Shown here: positions 42,401-54,035 of the stretch, piece after piece | Numbering within the stretch: position 1 is the stretch's first letter | Layout: each line of letters starts with the position of its first letter | From: Takakia lepidozioides | Lineage: Eukaryota; Plantae; Bryophyta | Direction: 5' to 3' | Length of the DNA: 64,000 nt | NCBI GenBank assembly: GCA_030704615.1 | Contig: CM060733.1 | Location: 45,384,001-45,448,000, forward strand | Translations under genes and position numbers: made by a program | The notes under the pieces: model-generated | The model's database searches: none | What the model saw: only the letters and a program-made list of their open reading frames with translations | Told to the model about the DNA's origin: nothing

Positions 42401-45400
42401 AAGAGGGATAACTATGAAAAAAATTGGAAGAAATCTTGAAGAAGTATGCCACAGAGGCTGCAACACATTGGAGGAAGGGTGTATGGTGTGCAAAGTGCCA
42501 GAATGAAGGCCATACCACCACAGAATGCCACATGAAGGAGAAACACTGTACTATCTGTAAAATGGATAACCATTCTACTGAGAATTGTTACTACAACAGA
42601 AGGACAGCTGCAAGAGAACCTAGGCAAGTAAGGGTGCATCAGGTGCAGCCCCAGCCAAGAAGAAACAATGATCAGGACCACTATGGTAGGTCTGGTGGTT
42701 ATAACAATGGCATGGAAGGGAGAGGTAATTCAAGAGGGAATTACCAAGGAAATTCCAGAGGCAACTATCAGGGTAATCCAAGGGGGAATTACCAGCCGGG
42801 AATCAGGATTATAGAAATAATCCAAGAACAGACCAAGGGCGAGGACCCAATGGTGAAGAGCTATGTTACTATTGTAATCAGCCAGGACATCGCAAGGCAG
42901 CCTGTTCATTCTGGATAAGACACCAGAATGAGATGAGAGCTCCTGTGAATGAGGCCCAGTGGTGGCAGCTCACATGGTTAGGCCATGTGTTGTACCAGAA
43001 GTAAGTACAATGATAGTAACAAGAAGTAAAGCCAAACTAATACCTCCAGTAGAAGAGGAAGAAGATGAGACTGGAAGTGGCAATGATATGCCTGAAGATG
43101 AAGAGACTTGGAAAGATGAGAAGGAACTGCACAAGGAAGTGGCAGATACTATAAGGGAAATGCAAAAGAGTACTGATATTCCTGTGGCAGATTCCTCTGA
43201 TTCGGATGGAGAAAAAGAAGGGAGTGAGGAAGAAAGGAAAAAAGAAGATGCAGACATGCAAAGTAATGAAGAGACTTTGGCTGAAGTAATATGTCAGACC
43301 AAAGCAGAAATTACCATTGGACAGCTATTAGCTGTGGCACCTTATTGTAGGCACAGGCTGTATCAAGCAATCAATCGAATTGCCCAAGAGACAGGAAACA
43401 CAGACCTGAACAGCAAGGTGACCAGTTATAATGTGAAGCCGGAAGGGCGAGAACCAGTCATGGACTTTGATGATTCTATGCCAGTAATCCAATTGAGAAT
43501 TGGAAGCACAGAACTAACTGATGTACTGATAGATGGTGGTTCTGGAGTAAATATCATGACAGACCAATTAAGGAAGAAGCTTGGTCTAAGTAACATGAAA
43601 CCAGCCCCATTTACAGTAACAATGGCAGATCAAAGAAGTGTACAGCCATTGGGATTAATAAGAGGAGTTAAGATACAGATACAGAAAATGATCTTTATGA
43701 TCACAGTAACTGTATTAAAAATGGATGAAGTCATGGAGGCTTACTCCTTATTATTGGGACGTCCGTGGCTGAAACAGGCCAGGGTATTCCATGACTGGAA
43801 TTCTCAGTTACTAACCGTGCATAATGGGATACACGAGATACAAATTACCACAAAGAAATCTAGTAGATTACCTGCTACAAGAAGACCTCGAGGAGTCAGA
43901 GAGTATGACTGGAGAGGAGGACTGGATGAGGAGCAGGAAGCTACCCTATTTGCTGCACACCCAGAGTGGGAGCAGGTTGCAGAGATGCGGCTGGAAAGCC
44001 TAAGTTGTTTGAGAGGTATCTGCTGTGGTGTAGTGACAGCAACACCAACTGAAGAGGAAACCAGCATTTACCCATCACATTTCTATGAAGAAAGAGAAGG
44101 AGAAATAGAAATCCTAGAAGAACCAGCCACTGTGAGCTTACAGGATGAAGTGGTGACTGGTTGGACAATCACAGCTGATGATGAGCAGGTGAGAGAAGTA
44201 AATGTGGGAACTAAAGAGGAACCGAGGATGGTGAAAGTAGGAGCTGATTTGGAGCCGGAATTCTTCGAAGAAGCTAAAAGCTTGTTCATCAAATACAGAG
44301 ATGTATTTGCTTGGAGCTATGAGGATCTAAAAGGGATACCACCTGAAGTCTGTCAGCATAAGATTGAACTGGAACCAGGGTCAGTACCAATCAAGCAGGC
44401 GAGGTATAGAATGAATCCCAACTACGCACAGAAGGTTGGAGAAGAGATAAAGAAGTTGGCTGAGGCTAAGTTTATATACCCAATAGAGTATACAACTTGG
44501 TTGTCACCCATTGTTATAGTTCCCAAGAAGAATGGCAAACTAAGAGTATGTGTGAACTATAAGAAGCTGAATGCTTGTACGAAGAAAGATCCTTTCCCTT
44601 TGCCATTCACAGAAGCAGTATTAGACACTGTGGCAGGCCATGAGATGTACTCATTCATGGATGGCTTCAGTGGTTATAATCAAGTGCAAGTGGCAGAAGA
44701 AGACCAAGGGAAAACAGCTTTCATCACAGACTGGGGGCTTATGCATACAAAGTCATGCCCTTTGGACTTTGTAATGCACCAGCGACCTTTCAGAGAGTGA
44801 TAAGTGAATCTTTTCATGAGTATCTGGATGATTTCATGCAGGTATTCTTGGATGATTTCAGTGTGTACAGCTCTAAGAGTGAGCACTTGCATAAATTGGA
44901 GTTATGTTTGGCCAGATGCAGGATGAGAGGTCTGGGCCTGAATCCAGAGAAGTGTACTTTCTGTGTGAACTCAGGGGTGCTTCTGGGACACATTGTGTGT
45001 AAGAAGGGACTCCTTGTGGATCCCAAAGACAGAGTCCATTAAAGCCTCTCCACCACCAGTGAATGTTAAAAGTCTACGGAGATTCCTTGGGCAAACCAGT
45101 TATTACAGAAGATTTGTCAAAAGGTATGCACAAATAGCAGCACCATTGAGCAAACTACTGAAGAAAGATGCAGTGTGTTTGCCTGGACAGCTGAATGTCA
45201 ACAGCGTTTGAGGAACTTACACTGTCAGTAACAACTACACCTGTGCTGATTAACCCTCACTGGCATGTAGTATTCCATGTTCACTGCGATGCATCAGGAG
45301 AAGCGTTGGGAGCGGTGTTAGCCCAGAATGTTACAGGGAATATAGATTCACCTGTGTACTATGCTAGCCGGTTGATGAACAGTGCTGAGAGGAACTATAG

Positions 45401-48400
45401 CACAACGGAAAGAGAAGCATTGGCAATGATTTATGCAGTCAAGAAATTCAGGCATTACCTATTGGGAAGAAAGTTTATGTTTTATGTGGATCACCAGGCT
45501 CTGATATATCTGGTGAACAAACCTTTGATAAGTGGAAGGATAGCGAGGTGGTTAATAATCTTGCATGAGTTTGAGTTCGAGGTTATTTACAAGCCTGGCC
45601 GTTTGCATCTTGTGGCAGATCATTTGTCACGACTAACAACAGGAGAGGCCGCCACAGGAGTGGACGATCAGTTACCTGATGCGAGTTTATTTGTAATGGA
45701 GGTGCAAGGAAGTGCAGATGAATGGTTAGATTGGCAGTGGCCAATCAGATACTACCTTGCTCATGGTCAGTGCCCACCTAGTTATGGTAAGGAGCAGAGG
45801 AAGAGAATCGCTATCAAAGCTTTACCTTATACTATGGTAGGAAGCAGAATGTATAAGTTAGGACCTGATGGAGTACTAAAACGATGCTTGTACCACCATG
45901 AAGTAAATAAAGTTTTGGCGGAAGTTCATAAAGGAGTGGCTGGAGGTCATTTTGGAGAAAGAACTACCAGTAGAAAGATACTACTTACTCGCAGGATACT
46001 GGTGGCCTACTTTGTTCAAAGATGTACACGAGTATTGTCAGAAGTGTGATGAATGTCAGAGGCTAGGACCTTTGCAGAGATCTGGAAGGATGGCCTACAA
46101 TGCCTACGGAACCATTTCAGAAATGGGGACTAGACTTTGTTGGACCAATTAACCCACCATCCAAGAATACACGAACAGGTACATAATTACAGCCACCTGA
46201 TTATTACTAACAAAGTGGGTGGAAGCTAAAGCTTTGAGGGACAACACAGCCAAAGTCCACAGCAAGTTCCTGTACGAGAACATACTTACACGATTTGGCT
46301 GTCCCTTAGATTTATCAGTGATCAAGGAAGTCACTTCATGAATGAGACCATTGAATTGTTGACTAAATAGTTCATGATTGTGCATAGGAAGAGTACAACA
46401 TATTACCCACAGGGTAATGGACAGGCAGAGGCTACCAACAAAATACTATGTACTGTCTTGGCTAAGATAGTCAATGCAAATAGAACGGATTGGGATACAA
46501 AGCTGCTGACAGCTTTGTGGTCATACAGGACTTCATATAAAGTCACCACTAAGTATACACCATTCCAATTAGTTTATGGTATGGAAGCCTTACTTCCAGT
46601 GGAATTCCTGTTACCTACCATGAGAACGGAATGGGGAAAGAGAATAGAATTGCAAGATTCCATTAAGGTCAGGAAACATGAATTATACCATGTAGAAGAA
46701 GTACGTGCTGATGCAGCTGATAATATGACCAGAATTCAGATGAAGAGAAAGGAACAGTTTGATGAAGGCAAGTTAAAGACTTTTAAGACGGGGGATTTGG
46801 TTCTATGGTTGCAGAAGAAAGGAAAGATTAAAGCTTCTAAGCTTAAATCACCATGGAAAGGACCTTATGTCATACAAAAGATGTATGATAACAACACCGC
46901 CATGTTACAAACCATTAACAAAGAGATGCTGGGAAGAGTCAATGCTAATAAGTTGAAGGGGTACAGTGGTATCCATGACAAACCATTGCAACATGATTTG
47001 CATGTTGAAAAGCAAAAGCAGTCAGGGGCTGCGCCAGTGTTACCAACGGAGTATGGAGCACTTGTCGCTAGGCCGAGCATATATGACCAGGGCGGGCAGA
47101 ACAAGCGAGAAACAGCCTATCACAGCCCATCACGACGTGACACAGCCTATCACAGCCCATCACGATGTGACACAGCCTATCACAGCCCATCACGACGTGA
47201 CACAGCATATCACAGCCCAGCACGGAGCAATACAGCCTATCACAACCTACCACAGCGTGTCACAGCCTATCACAGCTTACCACAGTGCATCACAGCCTAT
47301 CACAACGTACCACAGTATGACACAGCCTGTCACAGCTCAAAACAGCCTACTAGGGTTACACAATCCATAGAATCAGTGACAGGTGGACGCAGGATAACTT
47401 GAGGGAAATGGCCGGCGAAAGAAAGGACGGAAACCAGTTTAAAAATGGACACGTGGAAGTCAGGGCGCGACACACAGCTGAGAAGGAAGTGTAAGAGCAG
47501 GTGTCATAAAGAAAGAGGACAAGAATGGCCGTCAAAATACCTAATCAGCGCGTCAAATTGGATGAATGGCGGGCCCATTAATGAATACAGAAAAGGGGCA
47601 ACAGAACAAACGACAAGTACAGAAAAGCGAAATTATTGTCACATGTGTAATCCTAGTGGATAGTCCAGCAGGGAAACTCCACTAAAGAAAATTAAATCTA
47701 AAATCCAGTCACAGCGGTTACAAGCCAGAGAAGGGATCAAGAAATTGGAGGGAAATTAGGCGCAAGAGTCGGCGTCGTTCTAAGTAACGGGCGTCGCGAA
47801 GGGACAAACCATCAATGCGATAGCTTTGAAGCTATGGAGGAACTATCAGACTATACGCTTGCAATACTACTTACGCAGTGGCATAGACACGAAAGGACAG
47901 AGCGGATCTTTTCTCTTAAGCGATGCTTGCAAGCCCCGCAGGCTTACAAGAAATTACCCATAGCTTTTTGTGGCAACCATACGTTTATGCTTTGTGCACT
48001 ACAGGCATTTCTGCAGTTGTTACAGCCAAAACATTTCTGTCGGTCTAAAATGAAGAGAGTGAGAGGAATGGAGGAAATCAGGGTGAAGAGCACCACAATT
48101 CTGTAGAAACAAACGATTGCTACCCCACAGGCGATACAGATACTGAAGGAGCTGAGATTACAAGGATTGCAAAGCATAGATTGGACATTGCACCAAAGAC
48201 AGTACATGTTACAATTCTTGCAGAACTTTGAGCCAAGGACAGGAGCAACAACGGTGAAGGGAGTTGAATTAGTAATTACTCCCCTATACCTCCAGCAATT
48301 GTTTCGATTGCCAGCAGGTCAGGTGCATGTGGAGGAGCACAGGGCAAGACTGCAAATAGGGGACTTATTCCAAGAAGGGAGTTTCTTTAAAACTCAGGGT

Positions 48401-48471
48401 TATGCTTGTACCAAGGCCGTGTACCCAGGGCTAAAGGAGGTAGGCCAGGTATTGAACGTTCTGTTTGCCAT
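39420..48471 (+). mobile_element. Gypsy copy A (non-chromovirus-like): LTR, 5' extra ORF, gag-PR-RT-RH-INT, start of 3' extension; frameshifted and 3'-truncated
   Basis: LTR TGTTAGAGG at 39420. Gag from 40983 with three CCHC knuckles, PR LIDGGS, RT MDGFSGYNQ/FLDD, RH HCDAS..EREALA..DHQAL, INT GHF..C..C/DFVG..SDQG..GQAE. Confidence 0.95.
40268..40960 (+). pseudogene. Extra ~230-aa ORF upstream of gag (copy A, frameshifted)
   Basis: Homologous ORFs occur at 59012-58318 (-) and 59945-60200 (+). No recognisable domain. Confidence 0.6.
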
Positions 48472-49276
48472 TGTCGTGCGCATACATATCGCTACACAAC
48501 TACATCGCTGTCCAAACCACACCACACATATATGCACAATAAAGTAGTCTAGCACAATCGCCCCCTAGCTGGTGGATAGGTCCCCTACCTCCAGATAGCT
48601 ACAAGATGTAATAGCCACAGCCGTACTAAGTCCTCTATCACTGTCTTTATCGAGCTCAAACTCTATCAACCAAGAGGCCGGGTACAAGAGTAGCCCCATC
48701 GTTAGTCGCCGTCTTGCAATCTATGAACTTGAGCCAAGATCTCGTGTGTTCAAGGTCTCCTAGTAGCTGGGCCTTGCATTTCTTGTTAGCCTCCCATGGT
48801 TGTATCCACTCCCACTATCCAATGCAATGTGGACATAACCAATCCCCATCCGGAACCATCTCAAGAGGTGGAGTTAAGCATCCCATATGCCAACCTCTAG
48901 AGCACCGATCACATACCAGCATGGTGGCTGCCCCTTTAGCAGACCCACACAACATGCACCTCAAACCTGCAGATACCACTGCCAAGTTTGGGTCAATCCT
49001 GCCATCGACATTCGGAAGGTGACATGGCGCACAATTACGCACATGGTCCTTCCAAGTGATGCCATCCCGACCCTCCAAGACCAAGACGCCTGAGGGCAAG
49101 ACCTCTCGAACCCTCAAAATAACACGTCCTGCAGTCACATCCAGGGTCGTAGGAGCAGTCTGCTGCAGATAGACATAGTCACCAGGGTTGAATCTCCGAA
49201 CCCCAGGACGATAGCCCCCACCACGTATGGTAGCATACCTCAACGTATCACGGTGTTGTGCAATGGCAAGGTTCTC
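48472..49276 (-). mobile_element. Gypsy 3' end: integrase tail + PHD finger, PPT and ~85-bp LTR, inserted in copy A
   Basis: NLAIAQHRDTLRY...F.PGDYVY...HVRNCAPC then the PHD CMLC..MLVCDRC..WHMGCL.PPL..VPDGDWLCPHC. PPT TAGGGGGCGAT. Segment 48472-48556 is bounded TG...CA. Confidence 0.85.
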
Positions 49277-51716
49277 GAACCCATCCGCAACAACATCTGC
49301 AATTGCTCTTGGCGCAAGCAAGTCCTTCTTGGAAAGCCATATTTTGAGTGAAGGAGATTCTGTGGGGACTAAACTTGACGGTGTAGCATTGGACCTGGTC
49401 ATGGATCATTTCTCCACTTTAAGTTCACCTAACATTCGGCATCAGATCAATGCATTGAGAATGGGCTCTGGGATCAGAGGCTACATAGACAATATTTTGG
49501 AATTGAAACGAGTGAGCAAGTACGATTACATCCAGGACAATGTATTCCCAGGTCAAGGTGCCATCAAAGTTTTTCTTTTCAAAATGTCGACTGTTGGGGA
49601 GGGCAGTGGGGTTAGCCTCGTGAAGAGGATGCAGAAGACTGGGGACTTGCAGAACTGTTTTCTTATGTTTGATCATGTGAAACGAGTGAAGGATTGGACG
49701 ACAATGGCTTGTCATGTCTACGATCCAGTGTACCAACGAGTTATGACAATTGCAGTTTGTGACATGCAATCCGAGGATACGGAATCCTAGAAGCTCATGT
49801 GGAATTCCCTGATACGTGTCATGGGCTGCCATGGGCTGCCATCTCCAAATTTCGCAGGTTTCATGGCGGATAGTGCTCAAGCAAATTTCAATGCTGTTCG
49901 TATTGTCTTCGGATCGGGCGACCCACAAGTGCCTATGCCAGGAAGAGAGCGTACATGTCTATTCCATTGGACACAATCTCTGGAAAAACATACAAAGTCG
50001 GACATCAAACCAGAGATGCAGACTCAGCACCGTAAATTGTGCAAAGAGTACAAAGATGCTAGAACAATGAAGGAGGCGGACACTTTGTTCCAGACAATTC
50101 GTGCCTGGTGGTTCTCTTCTGGAGCTGCATCACTTGAGAGTATGAGAGCATTGGAAGATTGGCTGGCGTTTTGGCACTTCCGGTATAGACAGTGGGGAGC
50201 AGCCATGACAATGGGACGAGGCTTCTATTTCATGCTTTATTCATACATTTGCTTTCCATATTTTTGACTCATTGCTTTCTTTATGTTGTTTTCTGTGCAC
50301 TATTCTGAAGTGTGGTTATCCTCTTTGCAGAACATGTCCATTGAGGAAATGGCGGACATGTCATCTTGCAATTTGGCAGAAACTGCGCACAATGCATGGT
50401 TGCAGCAGTCTGGGAAACGAGGTCGGGATTTGTATGTGGCAACAACAGATGATTTGATACGTGCCTTGCAACAACAAACCCGATACCGTGATTTCTTACG
50501 AGGTGGGGTTGGTGGCAAGGGTCCGGACAAATGGGAATTGATGTTGCGTGCTGCAAACAGATCTGGGGATCCAATCAAGATAGCACGGGCGGTGAGCATG
50601 TATGCCCAGGGAACGCCACTTGTTTCTAGAGTTCCACATCTTGAAGGGGAGGAGAGATTCGGCTCCTGTAAGAGGAAATTGAACACTCCACCTGGTTCGG
50701 ATTCAGATTCCCACAGGGCAGACCGTGATAACTTCTCGAAGCCTCGTGTTCCCCTGCATGACAGCTCCATGTCCGGAACCTCCATTGTGGAGGAACCTCC
50801 AACACGACGGCAAGCTCCAGCATCAAACCGTGCCACTGAAATGGTGCAGGAGAGAAACAACCCCCTTGATGTGCTTGAGTCCGCATGCCCCGACCACGTT
50901 TGGCACATAGAACGCACAAGTGTCGGGTCTCGTGTGAAATGTACAGCGATCAGGGCAACTAATTTCGAGAAGTGCACTTCATCTATATCCAGAGGTGGTG
51001 CCCGAACTCCTGCTCCGACTTTCACGGGCTTGATGCGTCCATACGGTCAACCAGAAGCCAAGAACCACAAGTTCTGGTTCTGCGCAGATGATTGTGCCAG
51101 ATGTGTGCATGGAACTGTGCGTCCTTCCGTAGTGATGAAGCTATCTCCTCCAACCGTTTGGCCCGTGAAGGTGGGAACACATCTCAGCTTTCAGGAGATT
51201 GAAATGCTGGAGGAGGCAGGTTTTTCCCTTGCGAGACAACCCCAACTCCATGCATGTGCTACTACTTCTGCGTCCTCCCGGGTCCCCCCGGCAAATCCTG
51301 ACTTGTGGCCAACCAAACGAGATGGAAAGCTCGTTCGGCGTTTCCCTCCAACCGCTGAACACTTTGGCAAAGTGAAGTCCACAAGAATGCTCCAAGCTCG
51401 TGTCGGAAGCACCACGGAAGTACCCGATCCAGGATATGGTCGGGTATTCACAATCATCACTTCCACATCTGCTGTTCATGACAGGACCTACGACATCACG
51501 GTTTCCAATTTCCCCAATTGCACATGTCTTGATTTTGTGAATATGCTATCAACCAGTTTGGGCAAGAGAGGTAAATTCATACCCTGCAAACATTTGTATT
51601 TCATATTTTTGAGGAGGATGGTTTGCGATCCCAAACGTGACAACTTCATTCACCAGGCCACTATGAGTTTCAACGAGGTCGATACTCTTTTGCAGCGGGA
51701 TACAACACATGGGTAG
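49277..51716 (+). pseudogene. 3' half of the MULE transposase (DDE + SWIM zinc finger)
   Basis: MFDHVKR (D), FMADSAQ (D), CLFHW (CxxH), NLAETAHN (E), and SWIM CTCLDF...CKHL. In-frame TAG at 49788-49790. Probable intron at about 50214-50330 with a GG instead of GT donor. Confidence 0.85.
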
Positions 51717-52315
51717 CATGAACTATGTAATGTGGTATGTGGATGACCATGATTTGAAATGTGTAATTCACATCAATTCGTCGGCTGTGCAATGATATGG
51801 CCTCCAACTATACAGAGTGAGGTCTGAGTGACAACTTTTAGGTAGTGCACATTTGTCATTGCACCGTTCGAAGTCTACATGTCTTACTGTCGCTATGCAC
51901 ACAATCATCTTTTGAAGATGATCATAACTCTCATTGTTATTTGAGGAGGGAGGAAGTCTTCTCGTGGCAGCCTTTATGGCGCACACTTTGTGAGGATATT
52001 TTGTCGTCTTCGTAATTGTAAAAGTGAAACAAGCATTTGTAATTGCACAATGTTGGATGCTGCAATTGTAGGCCTCAACGCTCGTCTTGATTCTATTTAG
52101 GCAAGATTCCCTGCATTAATTCCACGGTAATAGGACCATCCACGGTTATAGGCGGCGCATGTTAATGCTGACGTGGCAGTTGACGGACAGTGCCACGTCA
52201 TCATTTACCGCCACATCAGCATGCTGACATGACGCTCACGCCACGTCAGCGTGTGTGCAGGCTCACGCCACGTCAGCTGGCGTGAGCGTACGCTCACGCC
52301 ACGTCACTCCTGCGT
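49277..52315 (+). mobile_element. Right part of the Mutator-like element with subterminal CACGTCA/GCTCACGCC repeats
   Basis: Repeat-rich end at 52120-52315 resembles 31706-31889. Confidence 0.75.
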
Positions 52316-53998
52316 CAACTACATCTGTGCTGATTAACCCTCACTGGCATGTAGTATTCCATGTTCACTGTGATGCATCAGGAGAAGCGTTGGGAGCGGT
52401 GTTAGCCCAGAATGTTACAAGAAATATAGATTCACCTGTATGCTATGCTAGCAGGTTGATGAACAGTGCTGAAAGGAACTATAGCACAACAGAAGGAGAA
52501 GCATTGGCAATGATCTATGCAGTGAAGAAATTCAGGCATTACCTGTTGGGCAAGAAGTTTATGTTATATGTGGATCACCAGGCTCTGATATACCTGGTAA
52601 ACAAACCTCTGATAAGCGGAAGAATAGCAAGATGGTTGATAATCTTGCACGAGTTTGAGTTCGAGGTTGTTTACAAGCCTGGGAGACTGCATCTTGTGGC
52701 GGATCACTTGTCACGGTTATCAACAGGAGAACTAGCCACAGGAGTAGACGATCAATTACCTGATGCGAGTTTATTTGTAATGGACGTGCAAGGAAGTGCA
52801 GATGAATGGTTAGATTGGCAGTGGCCAATCACATACTACCTTGCTCATGGTCAGTGCTCACCAAGTTATGGAAAGGAGCAGAGAAAGAGAATTGCTATCA
52901 AGGCTCTACCTTAAACTATGGTAGGGAGCAGAATGTATAAGCTAGGACCAGATGGAGTGCTGAAACGATGCTTGTACCACCATGAAGTAAATAAAGTTTT
53001 GGAGGAAGTTCATAAAGGAGTGGCTGGAGGTCATTTTGGAGAAGAGACTACCAGTAGGAAGATACTACATGCAGGTTACTGGTGGCCTACTTTGTTCAAA
53101 GATGTACACAAGTATTGTCAGAGTTGTGATGAATGTCAGAGACTAGGACCTTTGTAAAGATCTGGGAAAATGTCTTTGCATCCTACAATGCCTACTAAAC
53201 CATTTCAGAAATGGGGACTAGACTTTGTTGGACCAATTAACCCACCAGCCAAGAATACACAGAACAGGTACATAATTACAACCACTGATTATACTACAAA
53301 GTGGGTGGAAGCTAAAGCTTTGAGGGACAACACAGCCAAGTCCACATCAAGGTTTCTGTATGAGAACATACTTACACGATTTGGCTGTCCCTTGGAATTT
53401 ATCAGTGATCAGGGAAGTCACTTCATAAATGAGACCATTGAATTGTTGACTGTAGAGTTCATGATTGTGCATAGGAAGAGTACAACATATTACCCACAGG
53501 GTAATGGGCAGGCAGAGGCTACCAACAAAATACTATGTACTATCTTGACTAAGATAGTCAATGCAAACAGAACGGATTGGGATACAAAGCTGCTGACAGC
53601 TTTGTGGTCATACAAGACTTCATATAAAGTCACCACTAAGTATACACCATTCCAATTAGTTTATGGTATGGAAGCTTTACTTCCAGTGGAATTCCTGTTA
53701 CCTACCATGAGAACGGAATGGGGAAAGAGAATGGAATTGCAAGATTCCATTAAGGTCAGGAAACATGAGTTATACCATGTGGAAGAAGTACGTGCTGATG
53801 CAGCTGATAATATGACAAGAATTCAGATGAAGAGAAAGGAACAGTTTGATGAAACTTTTAAGACGGGAGATTTGGTTCTATGGTTGCAGAAGAAAAGAAA
53901 GATTAAAGCTTCTAAGCTTAAATCACCATGGAAAGGACCTTATGTCATACAAAAGATGTATGATAACAACACCGCCATGTTACAAACCATTAACAAAG
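52316..53998 (+). mobile_element. Gypsy copy B, middle piece (RNase H + integrase), inverted
   Basis: Colinear with 45232-46923 of copy A. Resumes about 3 nt after the point where the RT piece stops (54036) and ends at the TSD TTAACAAAG. Confidence 0.9.
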
Positions 53999-54035
53999 CA
54001 ACGACGCAATGGCGTGAGCGTTGCACGTGAGCGCG
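53999..54035. repeat. Displaced outer TIR of the MULE element (CAACGACGCAATGGCGTGAGCGTTGCACGTGAGCGCG)
   Basis: Imperfect inverted match to the last ~38 nt before 31889, adjacent to the 9-bp TSD. Confidence 0.8.

Noticed and set aside
48815-49402. 195-aa standalone PHD gene
   Set aside because: Chimeric ORF: the first ~42 codons are antisense MULE sequence across the 49277 junction.
49227-49790. Start codon at 49227 for the MULE transposase
   Set aside because: The N-terminal residues are antisense Gypsy sequence; the real 5' half appears to be at 25967-24900.
50300-51025. 241-aa antisense ORF and similar shadow ORFs (e.g. 34088-34723, 25264-25758)
   Set aside because: They lie opposite motif-bearing genes and have no motifs of their own.
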